From an uncultured bacterium (lineage in GTDB: Bacteria > Lernaellota > Lernaellaia > Lernaellales > Lernaellaceae): a stretch of 64,000 nucleotides of DNA. Location: contig CAZEDX010000014.1 in NCBI GenBank assembly GCA_964511015.1, forward strand, positions 10,979 to 74,978, read 5' to 3'. The notes beneath the pieces are model-generated. The model was not told the origin of the DNA. It was given only the letters and a program-made list of their open reading frames with translations, and did not search any database. A program made the position numbers and the translations under genes. Of this stretch, positions 7,918-18,057 are shown piece after piece (the stretch's first letter is position 1; each line of letters opens with the position of its first letter).

Positions 7918-10137
7918 TTAGCAGCCACAGCCGCCATCGTCGTCGTCATCGTCAACGTCGCCCGCGTCGTCATCGCTGCCGGCATCGTCGTCGCCAGCGT
8001 CATCGTCGCCGGCGGCGCAATCCGGATCTTCTTCGTCGAGCAGGTCGTCGCAGTTGTTGTCGATGCCGTCGTCGCAGATCTCGGTCGCTTCGGGGTTCAC
8101 GCTATCGTCGTTGTCGCGGCAGTCGTCACCGCCACAAGCCGTGTCGTCGAAGCCGTCGCCGTCGAGGTCGCAGCTCTCCAGGCCCGTGAACACCAAGCTC
8201 ATCGCCTGCGGACCCTGCGGCACGTCGGTCGCCTGCACCACGATTTCGTAGACCTCTTCTCCCGGTGATTCGATGTACACCTGTTCGACCGGATTGACGT
8301 GGTCCTCGCCCCTGGTCGCAGCCACGTTGGGTTGGTTCGGCTTAAGTACCCAGGGCAGGAACGTTTCGCCACCGCCGACCAGGGAAAGGTCGAGGTCGTT
8401 GACCAGTTCACGCTGAGCGAGAATCGGGCCCGGCGGGTCGGTCCATACCAGCGTGACCTTCACCGCGCCTGTGCCGCGGCGGAACTTCTGCCGCCAGGTT
8501 TCGCCTTGGTCGAGGGTGAGTTGCAGGTAGCTCTGGTTGAGGATCAAATCGAGCGAGTTCGGAATCTGCAGCAGACCGTAGCCGAAGGTGTAGTCCGGAC
8601 CAGGGCGGCCCAGATCCTTCACGCCGTGGATCATCAGCGCCTTCATGAGCGACGGCGGCGGATCGTCGCCGCCGACCACGTTCGCCCACTCCTCCAGCGC
8701 CAGCGCGGTCGCGCCGGTCACCACCGGGCAGGCCTGGCTGGTGCCGCTCATGTTCATGTAGCGCGGCTGGCCCATGTTCGACACGCAACTCTTGGTGCCG
8801 GTGTCGGCCATGCCGCCGCCGGTCTGGTGGCCGGGCGCGGCAACGTCGGGCTTCAAGCGGCCGTCGTCCGTCGGGCCACGGCTGGAAAAGTAGGCGATCT
8901 CGTTCGTCGTCACATCCGTCGCGCCGACGGTGATCGTGTTCTTCGCCGGCACCGGTGGCGGGATCAGGTGGAAGTCGCCCGCGCAGCCGCTGGTGCGCTC
9001 GTTGCCGGCGGCCCAGACGATGATCATCTCGCGGCCGAACTTGCCGCCGATGATCTCATCGATCAACGCCGCCGAGCCTTCGTAATCGCCCAGCCAATCG
9101 CAATCGTAGTTGTTCGGACCGATGTTTGCGCCGATGGAGTTGTTGGCCGTCTGGGCGCCGAGATCCTGAATCGCGTGTCCGTAGCTGGCCGCCATGTCGC
9201 CCGGGTTGTTGTAGAAGAGAATGAACCCGCTGGGCGTGAAGTCCATGGTGATGATGGAAGCCTGCGGGGCCATGCCGGCGTAGGTGCCGCCGGACAGCGA
9301 GCCGTCGCCGGCGACGGTGCACGAAACATGGTTGGCATGGCCGATCATGTCGGGCACGCCGGTCTGGCCGACCACCAGGCGGTCGCCCAGATCGGGGTGC
9401 TTGGCGTTGCCGGTGGTGCCCGGCACGATGCCGCCGTCGTAGACCAGCACCTTCACGCCGTTGCCGTTGACGCTGTACGGCGCCTGGTGCGCGATACCCG
9501 CGCCGACCACCGGCCGTACCGCGTTGTTGTAGAGGCCCCACGGCGGCGAAGGCTGCGTGACCCACATCACCGCGTCGGCCTGCGCCAGCACGTAGGCGTC
9601 TTCCGGCGAGTTGGCCCGCACGAAGGCCGCACCGACCTCAGGCAGGTACTGCAGCAACTCGCCGTCGGCCATTTCGATCGCGGCTTCGATGTCGTCGGCG
9701 CTCACGTCGTCAAAAAAGCGCACGTACAGATCGACACGGCCGTCGCCCACCAGCGCATAATCCTCGATCTTGCCCGCCTGCAGGCGCGGATGGATCTTGT
9801 CTTCCGGCGCCAGTTCCGCCACGTAGCGCAACGGCGAGGGCGATTTCATCGCCGCCCACTGCCGCGGCTGCACATAGGCGAGATAGGCGTGCTCCGGAAT
9901 CGGCACGAGCAACTCGAGCCCGGTGGCGGCCAGCGCCTCGCGCTCGGCCGCGTTGGGCGTGGCTTGGAACTGCACCAACACATGGCGGCCGTTGAACGGC
10001 GCCAGTTTGGCCCAGGCCAACGTCGTGGCGGGCGGCGTGATGGTGCGGCTGCGCAACAGAATCGACGGCCCGGTGGCCGCCGTGGCGACAGCGGTAAATG
10101 CCAGCAACAACAACAGGAGAAGGGTCAGACGTTTCAT
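7918..10137 (-). CDS. S8 subtilisin-like serine peptidase with a C-terminal MopE-like metal-binding motif, poly-Asp linker and terminal GCGC
   Basis: Start at MKRLTLLLLLLLAFTAVATAA (GAGGAG RBS). The ORF-track 987-aa ORF over-extends upstream. Catalytic triad blocks VLVYDGGI (Asp), HANHVSCTVAG (His), GTSQACPVVTGA (Ser). C-terminal CGGDDCRDNDDSVNPEATEICDDGIDNNCD. Ends DDDDDDGGCGC then TAA. Confidence 0.85.
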   Translation of the reverse strand: MKRLTLLLLLLLAFTAVATAATGPSILLRSRTITPPATTLAWAKLAPFNGRHVLVQFQATPNAAEREALAATGLELLVPIPEHAYLAYVQPRQWAAMKSPSPLRYVAELAPEDKIHPRLQAGKIEDYALVGDGRVDLYVRFFDDVSADDIEAAIEMADGELLQYLPEVGAAFVRANSPEDAYVLAQADAVMWVTQPSPPWGLYNNAVRPVVGAGIAHQAPYSVNGNGVKVLVYDGGIVPGTTGNAKHPDLGDRLVVGQTGVPDMIGHANHVSCTVAGDGSLSGGTYAGMAPQASIITMDFTPSGFILFYNNPGDMAASYGHAIQDLGAQTANNSIGANIGPNNYDCDWLGDYEGSAALIDEIIGGKFGREMIIVWAAGNERTSGCAGDFHLIPPPVPAKNTITVGATDVTTNEIAYFSSRGPTDDGRLKPDVAAPGHQTGGGMADTGTKSCVSNMGQPRYMNMSGTSQACPVVTGATALALEEWANVVGGDDPPPSLMKALMIHGVKDLGRPGPDYTFGYGLLQIPNSLDLILNQSYLQLTLDQGETWRQKFRRGTGAVKVTLVWTDPPGPILAQRELVNDLDLSLVGGGETFLPWVLKPNQPNVAATRGEDHVNPVEQVYIESPGEEVYEIVVQATDVPQGPQAMSLVFTGLESCDLDGDGFDDTACGGDDCRDNDDSVNPEATEICDDGIDNNCDDLLDEEDPDCAAGDDDAGDDDAGSDDDAGDVDDDDDDGGCGC

Positions 10138-10311
10138 CGGGATCTCCTCGTCAAACGGCCTGCGGTTCGGCATTCTAAAGGCGGCTTTTGCGGCTGGCAA
10201 ACCACCCCCGTCCGGTGGCCAGCCGCCGCAAAATCCGTTAATGTCACCCCAACGCGAACCGGCCCGGCCGGGTTCGCGCCGACGAATCAGTGAACATCCC
10301 GGGAGAATGGC

Positions 10312-11571
10312 GTGACCCAAGTAGCTCCGGCCGCCGCGCCGAAACGCGACGGCGATCTGGATTGGTTCCGCGGCGTCGGCTGCATTTTGATGTTTCTGTG
10401 CCACGTCGCGGTGATGATCGGCATGCCCACCAACTCGTGGGCCTACATCTACCATTTCGACGGCATCTATCAGCTCTATGCGTGGTTCTTCATCGCCTCG
10501 GGCATGAACGCCGCGCGCGCCGCCTGGAACGACAACGCGCGGCCGCACCCGGGCCGCACCACCGCCAACTACTTGCTGGGCAACCTCGTGCTGTTCGTGT
10601 TGGGCGTGATCTACAGCGTGAACCGCCGCACCTGGGGCCATATGGAACTCTTCTGCGGCGTCGCCGCCTGCTCGGCGGTAGCCTACCTGATCCAGCGCCG
10701 CCGTTGGCCGCATTGGGCTTCCATCATCATCGCCGTGCTGCTGATCGGCACGGTCGTGGACTACAACTACCTGTACTGGAACTACCCCCACCCCGAGATG
10801 TTCAAGCTGCGCGAATTCAACGCGCTGGTGCTCCAGATCATCAATTCCTTCAACCTGGGCGAGCGTTTCCTCTTTGTGCACTTCTCGCTGCTGCCCTGGG
10901 TTTCGTGGTTCATTCTCGGGGCGCCGATGCTGGCCTGGACCGGCACCAAACGCGAATGGATCATGTGGACGCTGTTCATCGGACTGTTCGCCGCGTCATT
11001 CCTTGTGCCGCACTACATGAACAAGATGTCGCTCGACTTCTACCTGCGGGCGAAGGTCGACTTCATGCTGCGGTCGACCGCGCTGGGCGGCGTGACCATT
11101 CTGGTCGTGCGCCGCTATTACAAGGGCACCTGGGCGATCAACAAGAAAATCGAGTTCCTCGGCCGCGAATCGTTGATGGCCTTTGTGCTGCAATGGTTCT
11201 TCGCCGACTGGTGCATGCTCCTGCGCGGCATGGGTCAAGCGACCGGCCGCCCGTTGTGGATGATCTTCCCGCTGATGCAGGTGTTCACCATCTTCGGCAC
11301 CTACTGGCTGACCAAGTTCTTCGCCGGTTGGCGTGACCGCACCATCCGCCACCCGCACTACCTGCGCAACTGGCTGACGGTGACGCTCGTGTTTTTCGCG
11401 CTGTCGCTGCTGACCTACAACCGCGCGGTGGCGATTTCCTACCTGGTTTCGTTCCCGGTCATTGTCGGCGTGGCGATGGTCTTCCCGGCGCTCCGCCTGG
11501 CCGTGCGGCAAAAGGTCATGCCGCGCAAGCCCGTGGCGCCGCCGGCCGCGCCGCCCGCCGTGACGGTTTAG
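10312..11571 (+). CDS. Polytopic membrane protein, DUF1624 / heparan-alpha-glucosaminide N-acetyltransferase-like
   Basis: GTG start with GGGAGA RBS. N-terminal DLDWFRGVGCILMFLCH block resembles the HGSNAT/DUF1624 signature. About 10 TM helices. Confidence 0.55.
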   Translation: MTQVAPAAAPKRDGDLDWFRGVGCILMFLCHVAVMIGMPTNSWAYIYHFDGIYQLYAWFFIASGMNAARAAWNDNARPHPGRTTANYLLGNLVLFVLGVIYSVNRRTWGHMELFCGVAACSAVAYLIQRRRWPHWASIIIAVLLIGTVVDYNYLYWNYPHPEMFKLREFNALVLQIINSFNLGERFLFVHFSLLPWVSWFILGAPMLAWTGTKREWIMWTLFIGLFAASFLVPHYMNKMSLDFYLRAKVDFMLRSTALGGVTILVVRRYYKGTWAINKKIEFLGRESLMAFVLQWFFADWCMLLRGMGQATGRPLWMIFPLMQVFTIFGTYWLTKFFAGWRDRTIRHPHYLRNWLTVTLVFFALSLLTYNRAVAISYLVSFPVIVGVAMVFPALRLAVRQKVMPRKPVAPPAAPPAVTV

Positions 11572-11573
11572 CC

Positions 11574-12347
11574 ATGCCCGGCCGGTCGGAAGTCACGCGC
11601 GCCATCGTGTTGCGACGCTACGACTTCCGCGAATCCGACCGCATCGTCGTGCTGCTCACCCCTGAGCTCGGCCTGGTGCGCACGCTGGCCAAGGGATTGC
11701 GCAAATCGCACAAGCGTTTCGGCGGCGTGGTCGACCTGCTCAACTGTCTGGAAGTCGAACTGACCCGCCGCAAGGGCGAGCTGATGCTGCTGACTGGCGC
11801 GCGATTGTTGGAGGCCTTCTCGCCGCTCAGCGCCTCGCCGATCTTGCTCGCCGCCGGCTGCCATCTGGCGGAAGTCGCCTCGTCGTTCGCGGCGGAAGAT
11901 GCGCCCGAGCCCGAGATTTTCGCCCTGCTGGCCGCGGCGTTGCGGCGGCTGGAGGAGGGGGCCGATCCGGCCCCGGTCAGCCGGGCGCTGGAGTTGCGGG
12001 TGTTGGCCGCCGCGGGGTTCGCGCCGCGCCTGACCGCTTGTGCAGTCACCAACCGGCCGCTAGCCGACGACGAAGTGGCCGCCTTCGACCCGCGCCACGG
12101 CGGTACCGTCGTGGCCGCCCGTGCCGACGCCACCGCGCCCCGCCTGTCGGGCGCCACGCGCCGCCGCATGCTGCAGGCGCTCAACGCTAGTCCCGACGAG
12201 TTGTGGACCGTGCCTTGGACGCGCGACGAACTGCTCGAGGCCCGCGCCGCCTTACAGGCCATGCTGCAGAGCCACCTGGGCCGTCAACTGCGCGCCCGCG
12301 CCTTCGCCGAGGAAGCGGCCCGGTACGCGCGGGAAAAGAAGTGTTAG
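11574..12347 (+). CDS. recO: DNA repair protein RecO
   Basis: N-terminal OB fold AIVLRRYDFRESDRIVVLLTPELGLVRTLAKGLRKSHKRFGG. 257 aa. Start lies 3 nt after the stop of the upstream gene. Confidence 0.85.
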   Translation: MPGRSEVTRAIVLRRYDFRESDRIVVLLTPELGLVRTLAKGLRKSHKRFGGVVDLLNCLEVELTRRKGELMLLTGARLLEAFSPLSASPILLAAGCHLAEVASSFAAEDAPEPEIFALLAAALRRLEEGADPAPVSRALELRVLAAAGFAPRLTACAVTNRPLADDEVAAFDPRHGGTVVAARADATAPRLSGATRRRMLQALNASPDELWTVPWTRDELLEARAALQAMLQSHLGRQLRARAFAEEAARYAREKKC

Positions 12348-12440
12348 AGCTTGGTGAGGAGAAAAAAGGCTTGCTCGATGGTCTGACCGAAAGGTAAAAT
12401 AAACACTTGAGTTCGTGAGTCGGCACCAGACGGAGGAAGC

Positions 12441-13010
12441 ATGAAAACGATGACCAAGAGCCCGATTCTGTTGTTCTTCCTGCTGCTCGCGCTCGCCTTT
12501 GGGTTGCAGGGGATATTCGCCTGCGACGACGACGATGATGACGACGACACCAGCGCCGATGATGACAACGATGATGACAATGATGATGACGATGACGACG
12601 ATGTCGCCGACGATGACAGCGACGACGACGGCACCGACGATGACGTGTCTGACGACGATGTCACCGACGACGATGTGACCGACGACGACGTCACCGACGA
12701 CGACGTCACCGACGACGATGCGGCCGACGACGACGTGGTGGCCGGTCCGGACTACCCGAAAAACCACGCCGCTACGTGGGACTGCTACCTGTGCCACGCC
12801 GCGGAGCTCATGAATTGCTCCACCGCCGAGCCGCACGGCCATGCGCACTCCGCGCCGGCCGATTGTGTCGCCTGCCATTCCGCCAGCGGCACGAATTACA
12901 ACGGCTGCACCGGCGAGCACGGCGACGACAATTGCACGCTCTGCCACGGCCGCAACATGCACGGGAAGAAGTTCGCCAACTCCGCCCAGTGCCGGGTGTG
13001 CCACCAGTAG
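12441..13010 (+). CDS. Tetraheme c-type cytochrome lipoprotein with a long poly-Asp tether
   Basis: Lipoprotein signal LLLALAFGLQGIFAC. About 80 aa of D-rich linker, DDDDDDDDTSADDDNDDD...DDDVTDDDVT. Four CxxCH motifs (CYLCH, CVACH, CTLCH, CRVCH) within ~90 aa. GGAGG RBS. Confidence 0.8.
   Translation: MKTMTKSPILLFFLLLALAFGLQGIFACDDDDDDDDTSADDDNDDDNDDDDDDDVADDDSDDDGTDDDVSDDDVTDDDVTDDDVTDDDVTDDDAADDDVVAGPDYPKNHAATWDCYLCHAAELMNCSTAEPHGHAHSAPADCVACHSASGTNYNGCTGEHGDDNCTLCHGRNMHGKKFANSAQCRVCHQ
12651..12737 (+). repeat. 15-bp tandem codon repeat (GACGACGAYGTSACC)x6 encoding (DDDVT)n
   Basis: Direct reading shows six consecutive 15-nt units with only wobble differences. Confidence 0.9.
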
Positions 13011-13275
13011 GTGGAGTCCCGGTTCAGGAACCCAAAACCAAACGAACCAGCCGTTCGCTCTGGCTCAGCGCGATTCACGCGACTGGGCCAGGGAGGTCTG
13101 GCGAGTGGCCACAGCCCTCTCTCCCCCTACTTAACGTAAATTGCATACCCCTTTTGGGTCGCATTCGTCCCGTCGGTTTTTCTAACTAGTCAGGAGAATG
13201 CGGGAATAAAAATTTTTCGGTCTGGCAAAAACGGGCCGAGGTAATTGCGGGTGGCAAAGCGCTGACGAGCCCGGC

Positions 13276-15222
13276 TCAGCCGTTACATCCGCCGCCGCCG
13301 TATACGCCGGTGTCGTTGTCGTCGTAGCCGATCAGGTCGTTGCCGTCGTCATCGTCATCGCCGCTGCTGCCGTCGTCATCATCGTCGTCATCGTCATCAC
13401 CACCGGAATCGTCATCGGTATCGTCGTCATCGGCTCCCGCAGTGACCGTCAGTTCCACCTCGTCGGGCGTGGCGGCCCAGGCGCAATCGTAGACGGTCAG
13501 CCGGAAACGGTAGACGCCGATTACGACCGGTTTGACGATCGGGTAGGCCGTGTCGGCTTCCTGAATCTCCAGGTCAACCGGCCCGTCAAGTTGTTCCCAA
13601 TCGTAGATCAGCAGCGCGTTTTCCGGATCGTTGGACCCGCTGCCGTCGAGCATGACCGGCTGGCCGGCGGACGATTCCAGATCGTCTCCCGCATCGGCGA
13701 TCGGCGGCTCGTTGACGTCGGGAGATAGAATCAGATACGCCATGCCAGACTCCACGCGAGCCGGGTCGGTCGCGTCGGCCGCGCGGGCGCCCAGCACCAG
13801 GTCGGCCGTGCCGGTGCCGTCGACATCCGCCGTGGCTACCGCGAAGCCGAGCTGATCTTCCGTCGTCGCGGCCACCACCTTGTGCAACGGTGCGTCCGTC
13901 GCCAGATTGACATGGTGCTCCAACGGGAAGTCATCGCTGCCGGCGATCACGTATACCAGCGCGCGCCCGGCGGTCAGGGTGCGCGGCGCGCCGATCACCA
14001 GATCCGCCGAGCAGTCGGCGTTCATGTCGCCGAAGGCCAGGGCGAAGCCGAAGCGTTCGCCCACCGTGGCGCCGGTGATGGTCACGTCGGCCGTCGCCAG
14101 ACTGACCACGCTCGCCCACTCGGCGCGGCCGTAAACCACGAACACCTGTCCCTGGTTGCCTTTGGCCGGTACGTTTGGGGCGGACAAGGCCAGGTCGGTG
14201 GCGCCGTCGCCGTCGAAATCGCCGCAAGCGACCGCCAGGCCGAGGTTGTCGAGCTGGTCGGCCCATTCGAATTCGATGTCGGGCGGGTCGTTGGCCAGGT
14301 CGAGCGAGAGTTCGTCGGACAACCACCGGCCGAAGATCGCGTAGACCGCGCCGTCGTTGCCTTCCTTGCCGCCCGGCAGCGGCAGCGATACGCCGGGCGC
14401 GCCGAGGATCAGATCGTCCTGGCCGTCGACGTTGATGTCGCCCAACGCCAGGCCGAGTCCGAGGCGCTGGCTGGTCGTGGCGCTGCTGATCTCGACGTCG
14501 GCCGTGACCGCGCGCAGGTCGATTTCGGTGACCCAGTCGCCGCCGCGGAAGCCGAACACCTTGCCGGCCGCCGGGTGGCCGACGTCCTCATAGTTGGGGG
14601 CCGCGGCAAACAGGTCGGTCTTGCCGTCGCCGTCGAAGTCGCCCACCGCCACGCGAGCGCCGAACTGGCCGTCGGCCTTGGCGCCCCAGATGGTCACGTC
14701 GGCATCGGCAGCCTGCAGCGTACCGGGCCACGTTTCGCCGCCGAAGTAGATCAGCACCACGCCGAGCAGCAGTTCGCCGTCCGGACCGGTCGCGCGCGGC
14801 GCGCCGATGGCCAGGTCGGCGATGCCGTCGTCGTTGAGGTCGCCGATGGCGATGCTCGAACCGAGGTACTGCTCGGCGGCGCCCAGCACCACCACGTCGG
14901 CCGCGTCGGCAGATAGGTCGAGATCGACACCCTGCACGCCTTGCCGCGAGAGCAACAAATACACGGCGCCGCGACGGTAGTTCACCGGCGCCAGGCCCAT
15001 GCCGGGCGCGCCGAAGGCGAGGTCGGGCGAGCCGTCGCCGTCGAGATCGCCGGCGGCCACGGCATAGCCTAGATTGGCGTCGTCTTGCGGGCCGAGCAGG
15101 GTGGACGAAGCCGTGCCTGCCTCGGCCAGATCGAAGGTGTCGGCTACCGCCGGCGTTGCCGCCGCGAGCCACAAAACCGCCCAGGCCAGCGCGAAACACG
15201 ATAGCCGAATCAAGCGCATCAT
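13276..15222 (-). CDS. FG-GAP (integrin-alpha-like) repeat protein; secreted; poly-Asp tail ending GGGGCNG
   Basis: Signal peptide MMRLIRLSCFALAWAVLWLAAATPAVA. Repeated FG-GAP cores (VGDFDGDGKTDL, GDLNDDGIADLAIGAP, CGDFDGDGATDLALSAP...). Tail DDDDTDDDSGGDDDDDDDDDGSSGDDDDDGNDLIGYDDNDTGVYGGGGCNG then stop. Confidence 0.8.
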   Translation of the reverse strand: MMRLIRLSCFALAWAVLWLAAATPAVADTFDLAEAGTASSTLLGPQDDANLGYAVAAGDLDGDGSPDLAFGAPGMGLAPVNYRRGAVYLLLSRQGVQGVDLDLSADAADVVVLGAAEQYLGSSIAIGDLNDDGIADLAIGAPRATGPDGELLLGVVLIYFGGETWPGTLQAADADVTIWGAKADGQFGARVAVGDFDGDGKTDLFAAAPNYEDVGHPAAGKVFGFRGGDWVTEIDLRAVTADVEISSATTSQRLGLGLALGDINVDGQDDLILGAPGVSLPLPGGKEGNDGAVYAIFGRWLSDELSLDLANDPPDIEFEWADQLDNLGLAVACGDFDGDGATDLALSAPNVPAKGNQGQVFVVYGRAEWASVVSLATADVTITGATVGERFGFALAFGDMNADCSADLVIGAPRTLTAGRALVYVIAGSDDFPLEHHVNLATDAPLHKVVAATTEDQLGFAVATADVDGTGTADLVLGARAADATDPARVESGMAYLILSPDVNEPPIADAGDDLESSAGQPVMLDGSGSNDPENALLIYDWEQLDGPVDLEIQEADTAYPIVKPVVIGVYRFRLTVYDCAWAATPDEVELTVTAGADDDDTDDDSGGDDDDDDDDDGSSGDDDDDGNDLIGYDDNDTGVYGGGGCNG

Positions 15223-16978
15223 TCCTCGGCCCCTCCCGGTTCTTCGGTGAGGATGAATTCCACACGCCGGTTGCGCTCGCGGCCCTCTTCGGTGTCGTTG
15301 GTCGCGATCGGACGGGTCTTGCCGAAGGCCCGCACTTCCAGGATCTGCGCGTCGATGCCGCGCCTGATCAGGTAGTCGCGCACGGCGTAGCCGCGGCGGC
15401 GCGAAAGTTCGAGGTTGTATTCGTCGCTGCCTTCCGCCGAACAGTGACCTTCGATCTCCACCCGCGTCGGCTTCAACGATTTGATCTGCACGGCGATATC
15501 GTCGAGCGTGGCATTGCTTTCCGGCCGCAGGACCGCGCTGTTCAGATCGAAGAAGATCTGTCCGCGCTTCACCAGCTTCTTGCGCAGGTGCACCGTCGCG
15601 GTGGTGATCTTGTCGGGCGCCACGTCGACCGTAGTCATTACCGCCTCGTGCGCGGCGGCCTCGGCGGTGAAGGTTATGGCGCCCGGTTCGAGCGGCTGGC
15701 TGTACTCGCCGCTTTCCGTGGTGACGGTGTTCTCGCCCGGCTGGCCGGGGTTGAAGATGATCTTCGCCGGCAAGTGCGCGCCGGTGGCGGAGTCAAGCAC
15801 GACGATGTTCAGGCGCGTCGGCGGTTTGTGCAGCACGATCGTCTCGATGGCCACCTGACCCGCGTTGACGTTCACCGACAGCACGCCGGTTTCGTAGTCG
15901 GGCCGCGAGGCGCGCGCGGTGTAGGTGCCGGGCGCCAGGTCGGTCAGCACGAACACGCCCTGCACGGTGCTGCCCATGCGCAGTTCGGGGCCTTCCAGCC
16001 CGATTTCCGCTTCCAACCGCTGGCCGTTTTCGTCCTGCACGACGATGCGCAGATCGCCGGCGCTGGGCGGGGGCGCGGCCACCGGCACCGGCTGGTAGTC
16101 GAGGCCGGCGAAGAGCCGGAAGTCGGGGCTGCCAACGCCGCTGGTCACGCCCGGTCCGCCGCCGGCCAGCAAGCGCAGTCCGCCGCCGAGCGCATAGCGG
16201 CCGACCAGGTCGAGTTCAAGCGGGCTGCCCGCGAAGCGGCGGCCGTTGTCGGATTCATAGGCCTCGCCATGCAGCTCGAGGCTCAGGTTGATGTTTTCCC
16301 ACACGTCGCGCGTCAGCGCCGCGCCGAGCGGGAAGCCGTTGCGCACGCGCGTACCGAGCACGTCGGACCCGCCGCGGTAGTGCCAGCCGCCGTTCAGACC
16401 CAGCCGCACCCAGGCCAGGTCGATTTCGTAGGTCGCCGTCAGACCGGCGGTGACGCGTCCCTCGCCGAGCAAGCGCGCGGCGTTGCCGGTGGGGAAGGTG
16501 ATGAACGGGGTAACCGCCACGCCCATCGGCCAGATGCCTTCTTCGAGCAGGCGTACCTTGGCCGCGAGTCGCAGATCGCCCAGCGCCGCGCCCCACTGCC
16601 GCGTCGTCGCGTCATCCGCATTGCCCAGGTCGCCGAACGAGCGGCCGCGCGTGAGCAGGTGCACCGGCAGGCCCGCGCCGATGCTGACCATGTCGTGCAC
16701 GCCGTAGCCGCCGAACGCGTCGAGCGTGAGCAGACTGTCGAGCACGCCGTTGGTCCGCTCGTTGTCGGTGCGGACCTCGACCGGCGCGTTGGCGTAGCCG
16801 AGCAGCGCCCCGGTCGCCCAAGCGCCCGGCAACAAGGTGCGCGCATCTTCAAAGGTGAGATAGCGTCCGCTGAAGTACGACGGTGTCAGCAGGTGAGCGT
16901 TGAACCCCTCCTGCGCCCAAACCGCCGCGGGCGCCAGCAGACACAGCAACACAAACAACCACAACCGGCGGCGCGGCA
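15219..16978 (-). CDS. OmpA-family outer-membrane protein: beta-barrel + CarboxypepD_reg-like domains + OmpA_C peptidoglycan-binding domain
   Basis: C-terminal OmpA domain (FDLNSAVLRPES...NLELSRRRGYAVRDYL...RNRRVEFIL). GTG start proposed at VPRRRLWLFVLLCLLAPAAVWA with a GGGAGG RBS. The ATG at 17039 has no RBS and no signal peptide. 4-nt overlap with the FG-GAP gene. Confidence 0.75.
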
Positions 16979-17115
16979 CGATATACCTCCCGCTTTCCCC
17001 GGCCGGGGAAACAGCGATTCTCCTTTTCGAGCCATTCAACAGGGTACCGGACGGCCAAACGATGTCAAGAACAAACCGCGAGATATGGCGGTCAGACAGG
17101 TCAAAATCTACCAGA

Positions 17116-17973
17116 TCATGGGGGTAGGTCGTCGGGTTGTAAAAGCTCTTTCAGGCCGAGATTTCGGATTGTATTCACCAGGTCGATCGCCAGTTGGATG
17201 GAACCCTTGTGATTGAGATGGCGGCTAGACCGGAGCCGCAGGATGGCCGGGGCGAAGATCTTGAACACCACGACCGGAACGGTGGCCGTTGCGCCGAGCT
17301 GCCGCAATCGATCCGGCATGCCCACGCTTTTTGGCGTACCGCCGTAAATAATGATCAACGGCACGCGGGCTCGTTCGGCCACCTTCACCATCTGTTGTGT
17401 GGCCGTGTACGTGTCCATGTTTCGCATGGTCGCCGGCGAGGGGCGGTTGATCTCGTAATTCAGAATCTGGGCCAGATGGCTGACCGCCAGCCATGGCCGC
17501 GCCGCATACACGTCGAGCGGAATAGGCGGATCGTCGTCGTTATTGCTGAGCTGGAATACGATCAGCCGCGGCGGCAGTGCGGCACACCACTGCGCTGCCT
17601 GCAAGTAGCTCTGCCAGGCGTTGAAACCGGCCATGTCAAAGTTCATGACGGTGACGGTACCATTCAGGTCTGTTTCCAGAGCCGCCGGAAAGGTCTCGTC
17701 GTTGTTGACGCCTTAGCCGAAGGTCATGGAATCGCCGAAGCACAAGACGAGATGATGGTGTCGCACGCGTGGTTCGACATCGAGCCGGTTGCGACGTTCT
17801 CCCCACGAGCCGATTTGATAGCGCACGATGCGGTGGTCTTTTATCAATGTCGTGTAGTCGCAGCAGTCGGCATACGGTTGGGCGCGCCAGCCCAGCACCG
17901 GATCCCGCATGACCAGCGGACCGATATCGGGCAACAGCAGCGGCACGGCGCAATCGAGCGCAATCAACGCCAC
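17116..17973 (-). pseudogene. SGNH/GDSL-family hydrolase gene interrupted by an in-frame TAA (complement of 17713-17715)
   Basis: Upstream ORF ends ...LVLCFGDSMTFG then stop (block I, GDSxxxG). Same frame continues GVNNDETFP...IVFQLSNNDDD (block III, GxND) to 17116. The hydrolase domain is therefore split by a single stop codon. Confidence 0.6.
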
Positions 17974-18057
17974 GGCGAGGGAGAATGCCGCTTTCCATCG
18001 GGTTTGCAGCCGAGTGGTCCGTCGCTGGATGGCGTCGTTCCTTTCCTTGTGGCGCGG

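Noticed and set aside
10290-11336. 348-aa ORF overlapping the DUF1624 membrane-protein gene in another frame.
   Set aside because: It is Arg/His-rich with no domain. The overlapping frame (10312-11571) has coherent TM helices and a conserved N-terminal signature.
12651-12737. Possible CRISPR array from the regular short tandem repeats.
   Set aside because: The units are 12-15 bp, directly adjacent with no spacers. They are in-frame within CDSs and encode Asp runs. No cas genes are present.
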